DNA of 64,000 nt from an uncultured Prevotella sp. GTDB lineage: Bacteria > Bacteroidota > Bacteroidia > Bacteroidales > Bacteroidaceae. The number at the start of each line of letters is the position of its first letter. The stretch's first letter is position 1. Below are positions 57,770 to 64,000 of this stretch, piece after piece. Made by a program: the position numbers and the translations under genes. Where the stretch lies: contig CAMUVE010000005.1 in NCBI GenBank assembly GCA_947163985.1, forward strand, positions 9,760 to 73,759, given 5' to 3'. The notes under the pieces are model-generated. The model was not told the origin of the DNA, made no database searches, and saw only the letters and a list, made by a program, of their open reading frames with translations.

Positions 57770-57859
57770 TTACTTGCTCTTATGACGATTCTTTCTTAAT
57801 CTCTTCTTACGCTTGTGAGTAGCCATCTTGTGGCCCTTTTTCTTTTTTCCGTTAGGCAT
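57770..57859 (-). CDS. Small basic ribosomal protein bS22 (AURKAIP1/COX24-like)
   Basis: Manual translation MPNGKKKKGHKMATHKRKKRLRKNRHKSK*; below the ORF-track size cutoff. Confidence 0.85.
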   Translation of the reverse strand: MPNGKKKKGHKMATHKRKKRLRKNRHKSK

Positions 57860-57910
57860 AATTATATATTATTTAAATGTTACAAATATCTTCTATTCAA
57901 AAAAATCTTT

Positions 57911-58183
57911 TTACTTCATCTTGTCAGCGAAGCTCTTTGCAGGCTTGAAGGTAGGGAAGTCGTGAGCGGCAATCATAATTGTTGTGTTCTTTGAAATGTT
58001 GCGCGCTGTCTTCTCTGCACGATGCTTTACTACGAAGCTACCGAAACCACGCAGGAATACGTTCTCTTTAGCTATCATGTGGTTTTTGATGGTCTCCATC
58101 ATAGCCTCTACCACCGTAGAAACGTCCTTGCGAGCGATACCTGTGTTGGCCGCAATCTCTAATACTATTTCTGCTTTTGTCAT
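57911..58183 (-). CDS. hup: HU/IHF-family DNA-binding protein
   Basis: MTKAEIV, LRGFGSF, TARNI, PTFKPAK. Confidence 0.9.
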   Translation of the reverse strand: MTKAEIVLEIAANTGIARKDVSTVVEAMMETIKNHMIAKENVFLRGFGSFVVKHRAEKTARNISKNTTIMIAAHDFPTFKPAKSFADKMK

Positions 58184-58322
58184 AATTATAATAATGTAAT
58201 TAATACTTTCTCTTAATGCTCTTTTTCTTAAAGCGGGTGCAAAGATACTGATTTTTAATAAGATGGAAAAATAATTCCATGTTTTTTTTCAAAAATTCTT
58301 TTTTCTTTGCTTTCTCTTCTTC

Positions 58323-59231
58323 TTAGAACTCAAGATTCTTGTTGCCTGTCCTATCCACCTCGTCGATAACTTTAAGGAGATATTGTCCGTATTGGTTTTT
58401 CAACATTGGCTGGGCTATTTCTCTCAGTCGTTCAGCGCTAATCCAGCCCTTACGGTATGCTATGCCTTCGAGACACGCTACCTTCAGTCCCTGACGCTTC
58501 TCGATAACCTCTACGAAGGTAGAAGCTTCTGCCAGCGAGTCGTGGGTTCCTGTGTCCAGCCACGCAAATCCGCGTCCGAAGGTCTGCACCTTTAGCGCTC
58601 CTTCCTCAAGGAACTCCTGGTTTACGGTGGTTATCTCCAGTTCGCCGCGTGCCGACGGCTTTATGTGTTTTGCTATCTCCACCACCTTGTTGGGGTAGAA
58701 GTACAGTCCCACGACGGCATAGTTGCTCTTTGGCTTGGCGGGTTTCTCCTCTATGCTCAGGCAGTTCCCCTTGTCGTCGAACTCGGCTACTCCGTAGCGC
58801 TCGGGATCGTTCACCCAGTAGCCGAAGACGGTAGCCTTCTTGTTCTCCTCAGCGTCCTTGACAGCCTGACGCAATAGTGCTGATAGACCTGCTCCGTGGA
58901 AGATGTTGTCGCCAAGAACAAGACACACGCTGTCGTTGCCCACAAACTTCTCGCCAATGATGAAAGCCTGTGCCAGCCCGTCGGGCGAAGGCTGCTCAGC
59001 ATACTCGAACCTCACTCCGTAGTCAGAGCCGTCGCCCAGTAGCCTGCGGAAACTCGGCAGGTCCTGAGGGGTGGAGATGATAAGTATCTCGCGTATTCCT
59101 GCGAGCATCAACACCGATATGGGGTAGTATATCATTGGTTTGTCGAAAATAGGAATCAACTGTTTCGATATTCCCTTTGTAATAGGGTAGAGGCGCGTTC
59201 CGCTACCACCAGCAAGTACTATACCTTTCAT
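58323..59231 (-). CDS. rfbA: Glucose-1-phosphate thymidylyltransferase
   Basis: [39 protein letters not shown]. Confidence 0.97.
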   Translation of the reverse strand: MKGIVLAGGSGTRLYPITKGISKQLIPIFDKPMIYYPISVLMLAGIREILIISTPQDLPSFRRLLGDGSDYGVRFEYAEQPSPDGLAQAFIIGEKFVGNDSVCLVLGDNIFHGAGLSALLRQAVKDAEENKKATVFGYWVNDPERYGVAEFDDKGNCLSIEEKPAKPKSNYAVVGLYFYPNKVVEIAKHIKPSARGELEITTVNQEFLEEGALKVQTFGRGFAWLDTGTHDSLAEASTFVEVIEKRQGLKVACLEGIAYRKGWISAERLREIAQPMLKNQYGQYLLKVIDEVDRTGNKNLEF

Positions 59232-59294
59232 AATATTATCAAGATTTTACATATTATGATGCAAAGGTATAAAGAATTGCGTGAAATACCAAAT

Positions 59295-61262
59295 TTATTT
59301 CTCTATTTCCTCAAACACGTAACCAAAGCCTGTCCTGCTGACGATGTTCTGCGCGTAGGTTCCGAGTTTCTTGCGCATTCGGGTTATGTTGACGTTGACG
59401 GTACGGTCCGTTACCACAACACCAGCCCATACAGTGTCCATAAGATATTGTCGTGAAAGTACTTTCCCCTTGTTTGAAAGAAGCTGGTGGAGCAGGGCGT
59501 ACTCCGTTGGTGTAAGACTTATCTGTTCGCCGTCGATAGTTACCGTCTTCTTGTCGAGGTTAAGACTTAAACCGTTGTAGCTTAATATGTGCTTTCCCAG
59601 TCGGGCTTCAACAACATTCATAACGTAGTCGCCTATCTTCTCGCAGTCTGCTACGATGTCGTTGAAGAACGTGCCGAGAGTGTATGAATACTGGTGAGAA
59701 TTGACAGCCGTAATGGTTTCGCTCCTTAGTTGGTTTCGTAGCTCGTTGATGTCGTTCTCAATAGACTGCGAGTATGCCAGCGAGAGGTCTTTACGTCGTC
59801 CGCTCACTACAACAATCATCTGTACGATAGCCTCGTTGGTAAGTCGGAGCATCTCGTGCAGTCTGCCGTACTGCTCTGTTGTGAACTCCTCCTTGTTGTC
59901 GTGCATATGGTGAAGGGTTCGTGCTATCTTGTAACAAGCATCGCCAATAGATTCCAGCTCGCCAATCTGACGGAACATCATACGCATCTTGTCTTTCGTG
60001 TCGTCCGAGAGATGCTCTTTGCCTACTTGCTCCAGGTAGTTGGCAATCTCTATTTCCATATTGTCGGCAATCGTCTCATAGTGTTCTATGCGTGTGAACT
60101 GACTTTCAAACTCCTTCTTATCCTTCTCGTCTATAAGTGCACAGGTCATTCCGAACATACGGAGTATTCGCTCTGCAAAGTGTACTATCTCTTTCTGTGC
60201 CTGAAGGATGGCAATTTCCGGAGTCTGTATCACACCGCCGCTGATAAAGTGCAGTGTAGTAGGCAGTTTTGTCTGTGCAGGTTTCTCCGGAAGTAGCTTA
60301 CATACAATCTGTTCCATCTGTGGAATAAAACCAATGAGCAGTGCTGTGTTAAGAACGTTGAAACAAGTGTGGAACATAGCCAGCACAACGGGAATCCTTT
60401 CTGCCTGTCCAGACATTGTGGGGTCGTAGCCTACAAGACCGCATACCATATTGACGAAAGGATAAAATACTGCAAGTACCCAGATAACTCCGAAGACGTT
60501 GAACAGCAGGTGAGCCAGCGCAGCGCGTCTTGCCTCGGTGCCGGCGCCAAGAGCTGCAAGGTTCGCTGTTGCTGTCGTTCCAATGTTCTCGCCCATCACT
60601 AAGGCTATACCCATATAAATTGGTAATACTCCCGTAGAGCATAGCAGAATGGTGATAGCCATCACTGCCGCCGACGACTGTACAATACAGGTGATGACGG
60701 TGCCTGCAGCAAGGAATGAGAAAATGGTGAGATAGCTGCTCGTGTCGAACGAGGCAAAGAAGTTTACAACGGAGGCGTTGTGAGCCAAGTCCATATCGCG
60801 TCCCACGCTGCTCAGCATTACCAACGACCAGAAAAGAAAAGCTATTCCAAAGAGGAAATCGCCCGCCACACGATGACGTTTCTTGTATATCAGCACCATT
60901 CCGACGAGGAAGGCGGGAAATACTATTGCCGTGAGGTCCAGATTGTAGCCCAGAGACATTATCCACGCCGTCAGCGTGGTGCCTATGTTTGCTCCCATGA
61001 TGACCGATATCGCTTGTGCCAGCGTGAGCAGTCCTGCCGAAACAAACGAAACCGTCATTACCGTTGTTGCCGACGACGACTGTACGGCACAGGTTACCAC
61101 AGTGCCTGTCAGCATACCGCTAAATCGGTTGCCCGTCATTCGAGCCAGTATATGTCTTAAACTCGGTCCTGCCATCTTCTGCAGGGCGTCGCTCATCATC
61201 TTCATTCCGTAAATCAGCAAGGCCAACGAGCCCAGCAGTCTGAAAAATAATTCTATTGTCAT
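59295..61262 (-). CDS. Na+/Pi cotransporter (NptA/YjbB-like, PhoU domains) fused to a C-terminal OmpR/PhoB-type winged-helix DNA-binding domain
   Basis: Two QSS repeats (VQSSSA, VQSSAA) with GANIGTT/GENIGTT; PhoU-type helices (ELESIGD, DCEKIGDY); last 98 aa carry LTPTEY.LL..L, VLSRQ.L...VW, DRTVNVNITRMRKKL, IVSRTGFGYVF. Confidence 0.9.
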   Translation of the reverse strand: MTIELFFRLLGSLALLIYGMKMMSDALQKMAGPSLRHILARMTGNRFSGMLTGTVVTCAVQSSSATTVMTVSFVSAGLLTLAQAISVIMGANIGTTLTAWIMSLGYNLDLTAIVFPAFLVGMVLIYKKRHRVAGDFLFGIAFLFWSLVMLSSVGRDMDLAHNASVVNFFASFDTSSYLTIFSFLAAGTVITCIVQSSAAVMAITILLCSTGVLPIYMGIALVMGENIGTTATANLAALGAGTEARRAALAHLLFNVFGVIWVLAVFYPFVNMVCGLVGYDPTMSGQAERIPVVLAMFHTCFNVLNTALLIGFIPQMEQIVCKLLPEKPAQTKLPTTLHFISGGVIQTPEIAILQAQKEIVHFAERILRMFGMTCALIDEKDKKEFESQFTRIEHYETIADNMEIEIANYLEQVGKEHLSDDTKDKMRMMFRQIGELESIGDACYKIARTLHHMHDNKEEFTTEQYGRLHEMLRLTNEAIVQMIVVVSGRRKDLSLAYSQSIENDINELRNQLRSETITAVNSHQYSYTLGTFFNDIVADCEKIGDYVMNVVEARLGKHILSYNGLSLNLDKKTVTIDGEQISLTPTEYALLHQLLSNKGKVLSRQYLMDTVWAGVVVTDRTVNVNITRMRKKLGTYAQNIVSRTGFGYVFEEIEK

Positions 61263-61287
61263 ATTTTCATATTGTATGATTACACTG

Positions 61288-61348
61288 CAAAGATACGAAG
61301 ATTATAATATGTACACGAAAAAAAGTGGTTACAATTTGGCTACGATTT
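61288..61348 (-). promoter_or_regulatory. Promoter of the transporter-wHTH fusion with tandem 11-bp direct repeat (OmpR/Pho-box-like)
   Basis: -7 box TATCTTTG (revcomp of 61288-61295); GGTTACAATTT (61327-61337) and GGCTACGATTT (61338-61348), 9/11 identical. Confidence 0.55.
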
Positions 61349-61429
61349 TATTCACTCCTTAATGCTTGGTTATTTCGCAGATAATCATTATCTTTGCAAC
61401 ATCAATACAGTAAAGTTATTATTACCATT

Positions 61430-62470
61430 ATGAAGAACATTACTACTATTATAGTATCGCTGCTGATGGGAGCTGCACTTCCGGCTAATGCACAAGAGTC
61501 TGTTCGCAAGGATTTCGTTAAGGGTGCCGACGTGGGTTTCCTTACGGGTCAGGAGCAACGGGGACAGAAGTTCTACGACGTCAAAGGCAACGAGCGCGAG
61601 TGTCTGGAATTGCTGAAGAACGACTATCAGATGTCGGCTATCAGGATGCGTGTGTGGGTGAACCCTCGTGGTGGCGACTGCGACAAGAATGTGCTGCTGG
61701 CTATGGCGCAACGCGTGAAAGCTCTCGGTATGGACCTCATGGTGGATTTCCACTATAGCGACTGGTGGGCAGACCCGGGCAAACAGAATATCCCCAAGGC
61801 GTGGGAAGGTCACTCCTTCGAGGAAATGAAACAGGATGTGCGCAACCACACCGTTGATGTTCTAACGCTGCTGAAGAAGAACAACATTGAGCCTCGCTGG
61901 GTACAGGTGGGCAACGAAACGGCTAACGGACTGCTGTGGGACGCAGGACACATAGAAAAGAACCCACAACAGTATGCGGGCTTCATACGTGCCGGCTACG
62001 ATGCTGTCAAAGAGGTGCTCCCCAACGCTATCGTCATCGTACATCTTGATCGCGGAAACGTTCAGTCGCTATACGACTGGAACCTTGATACTATATTAAA
62101 ATATGGTGGTAAGTTCGATATGGTGGGAATGTCGCTCTATCCCTTCTGGTTTATGGAGGATAATCCCGGAACCAACGCCGACGACATCATCACCGACTGC
62201 ATAAAGAACATCCGTCACGTCAGCGAAAAGTACGGGTGCGACGTGATGATTGTGGAGACGGGCTACGAGGTAAACGAAGAGCATCCCGAGATAATGGACG
62301 AGGGCTGCCGTCAGTTGAAGCGTCTTGTTCGTGAGGCTCGCAACAACACCAACGGACGCTGTCGTGGAGTGTTCTACTGGGAACCACAATGTCTTCCTCG
62401 AATGTATAAGTTGGGTGCCTTCGACAGCAAAGGAACCCCGACGGCTATCATGAACGGTTTTATTGAGTAA
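61430..62470 (+). CDS. GH53 arabinogalactan endo-1,4-beta-galactanase (signal peptide, no sorting tail)
   Basis: KGADV, RMRVWVNP, DFHYSDWWADPGKQ, QVGNE, VETG, GVFYWEP; start moved to ATG 61430, after the -7 box at 61389-61396. Confidence 0.92.
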   Translation: MKNITTIIVSLLMGAALPANAQESVRKDFVKGADVGFLTGQEQRGQKFYDVKGNERECLELLKNDYQMSAIRMRVWVNPRGGDCDKNVLLAMAQRVKALGMDLMVDFHYSDWWADPGKQNIPKAWEGHSFEEMKQDVRNHTVDVLTLLKKNNIEPRWVQVGNETANGLLWDAGHIEKNPQQYAGFIRAGYDAVKEVLPNAIVIVHLDRGNVQSLYDWNLDTILKYGGKFDMVGMSLYPFWFMEDNPGTNADDIITDCIKNIRHVSEKYGCDVMIVETGYEVNEEHPEIMDEGCRQLKRLVREARNNTNGRCRGVFYWEPQCLPRMYKLGAFDSKGTPTAIMNGFIE

Positions 62471-62487
62471 ATTAAATGGTAAGTTAT

Positions 62488-62895
62488 ATGAGAAATTTCG
62501 TTTTAATGCTCATAATGCTTTGTACGTCACTCACTTGTAATGCCCAGTGGTTGTCTAATGGTTCTAATGCGACACTCGGAAAAATTGACTCCGACGGGTG
62601 GGTGTATAACCAGTCGAATATGACTCTGGGACGCATCTGTAGTGACGGTTACATTGTCGGACGGAGCAATAACACGTTGGGTAAGATACTTCGTGACGGT
62701 ACCATCGTGAACAGTTCAAATGCGACACTCGGAAAGGTTGAAAGCAGCGGATATGTTGTGGATAGCAGCAACAGAACATTAGGAAAAGTGCTGTCAGACG
62801 GCACCGTAGTCGATAGTCATAACAGCACCATCGGCTATGCCAGAGGAGTCCCCAAGACCTATGCCGCCGTATTCTTCTTCTTCGACTTCTTTTAA
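62488..62895 (+). CDS. Small secreted 17-residue repeat protein (beta-flower-like)
   Basis: Signal peptide then about six repeats of SNxTLGKIxSDGxVx; hydrophobic C-terminus AAVFFFFDFF. Confidence 0.7.
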   Translation: MRNFVLMLIMLCTSLTCNAQWLSNGSNATLGKIDSDGWVYNQSNMTLGRICSDGYIVGRSNNTLGKILRDGTIVNSSNATLGKVESSGYVVDSSNRTLGKVLSDGTVVDSHNSTIGYARGVPKTYAAVFFFFDFF

Positions 62896-63014
62896 AAGGT
62901 AGGCAGGGATTGACTTTGTCCATCCCAGCCCCTGCCACGGGCTGGTCTGACATCCAAATAAAAAAGGCTTCAACTGAAAACAAGTTTTCGTTGCTGCCTC
63001 TTTTTATTTGTATG

Positions 63015-63066
63015 TGATCCCGTTGGGATTCAAACCCAAGACCTTCAGAACCGGAATCTGACGCTC
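63015..63066 (-). pseudogene. 3' fragment of tRNA-Arg(CCG); probable attachment-site duplication
   Basis: Revcomp GAGCG-TCAGA-TTCCGGT-TCTGA-AGGTC-TTGGG-TTTGAAT-CCCAA-CGGGATC-A: anticodon arm, T arm and 3' acceptor strand present, 5' acceptor strand (GATCCCG) absent. Confidence 0.8.
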
Positions 63067-63073
63067 AATTTCT

Positions 63074-63433
63074 TTGAGTATCCCTTTGTTTATGGGCATC
63101 TTCGGCCCCTCGCCGACGCTGACAGAGGTCGATATCATGTATGGTTCATTCACTTCTGCCAAGTGGCTTATTCCGTTGATTGCAGATGCCAGTCTGAGTT
63201 GTGGATTAAAGGAAGATGTGACAAAGGATCAACTTCAGTTGACAGCTATGGCAATCTTCAGCAGATACCGTTGGCTAAAGGCAAGTGAACTGATGTTGTT
63301 CTTCTTCAATTTCAAGGCAGGTTTCTATGAGCGGTTTTATAGTTACTTCGATACGCAGACTATCATTAGAAGTGTAAAGACCTTCATCGAAGAACGTGCA
63401 TTGGCTATCGCAGTGCATGAGCGAAATATGTAG
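63074..63433 (+). pseudogene. DUF6633-like phage/ICE-associated protein, probably truncated
   Basis: PTL...YG....KWL and LKASELMLFF..FKAG.Y..FY pattern; TTG start abuts the tRNA fragment. Confidence 0.5.
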
Positions 63434-63579
63434 CTCTCTGTTGGCCTTTAGCCACTTTTTGCATACTTTTTTGTTGTTTTTTCGATAAGTGATAACATAT
63501 TTGCAAAATATTTGCTATATTTGCAACGTGTTTTCGTATGAGACACAAGACATATTGGCAATGAATTTGCGTTCGCTAT

Positions 63580-63736
63580 CTCTTCTTGTCCCCGAAACGT
63601 GGAAAATTTCAACAGGACAGCGTTGCTCAGGTAAACGTAGAAAGAAAAGATAAGGTGAATGCTCACGTGATAGGCGTGGGCTGAACTTATCTCTACGTTT
63701 GGGCAATTTCCACGGCCTCGGGGAAGATAAAAGAGG
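63580..63736 (+). ncRNA. Candidate structured RNA / long leader (nested hairpin)
   Basis: Six nested helices: CCCCGA/TCGGGG, CGTGGAAA/TTTCCACG, TTGCTC/GGGCAA, AAACGTAGA/TCTACGTTT, GATAAG/CTTATC, GCTCACG/CGTGGGC; -7 box TATATTTG at 63516-63523. Confidence 0.6.
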
Positions 63737-63841
63737 CTCACGCTTCTTCTATGCCAAACGAGACAGAAACATATAAATATTTAGGGTTATGACAAAATTG
63801 CTGGAATAAACATAAACAAGATATTAATGAGGATTAATAAT

Positions 63842-64000
63842 ATGAAGAAGATTTTGACTTTTGCAGCAATTATACTATTGACCGCTTGCGGTCGTAGTGT
63901 AAAGGTGAGTGATTTACAATATGAAGAAAGTAATCGTTCAAACATTTTCTATGTTTACTATGAAGATAAAGCCTTTGATGGTGAAGCGTGGAGTGATGAT
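63842..64000 (+). CDS. Lipoprotein (5' part; runs off window edge)
   Basis: MKKILTFAAIILLTA-CGRSVKV...: lipobox LTAC. Confidence 0.7.
   Translation, partial: MKKILTFAAIILLTACGRSVKVSDLQYEESNRSNIFYVYYEDKAFDGEAWSDD

Noticed and set aside
63015-63090. Intact tRNA-Arg
   Set aside because: A weak D-arm-like hairpin is present, but no 5' strand pairs with the CGGGATC acceptor; treated as a fragment

Overview
Bacteroidota chromosomal window, most likely Prevotellaceae. This rests on recurring TAnnTTTG -7 promoter boxes, Gln at +1 after signal peptides, short Prevotella-type C-terminal sorting tails, and gene order such as nusB-yajC-ybbR-coaE and lysS-gpsA-pgi. It is mostly housekeeping (recG, nadK, nrdDG, mnmA, pgi, gpsA, lysS, aroB, pth, rplY, nusB, miaA, rng, hup, rfbA, glycogen cluster), plus secreted carbohydrate-active proteins (two GH53, one GH13) and outer-membrane proteins. 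The main novelty candidate is 59295-61262 (-): a Na+/Pi cotransporter with PhoU-type domains fused in frame to a complete OmpR/PhoB-type winged-helix DNA-binding domain. It has no receiver domain, and an 11-bp-period direct repeat lies just upstream of its promoter, so it may be a one-polypeptide phosphate transporter-sensor-regulator. Other items: about a dozen sequence-diverse 7-bp-period arrays at gene junctions and inside proteins, a signal-peptide-bearing arginine deiminase, a uORF+hairpin leader on corA, two non-coding inverted-repeat elements, and a decayed toxin-antitoxin patch. At the right edge a tRNA-Arg(CCG) 3' fragment marks the boundary of an integrated element that carries a long structured-RNA candidate. 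No rRNA, CRISPR array or intact transposase was seen. All family calls are from motif recognition; no database search was run.
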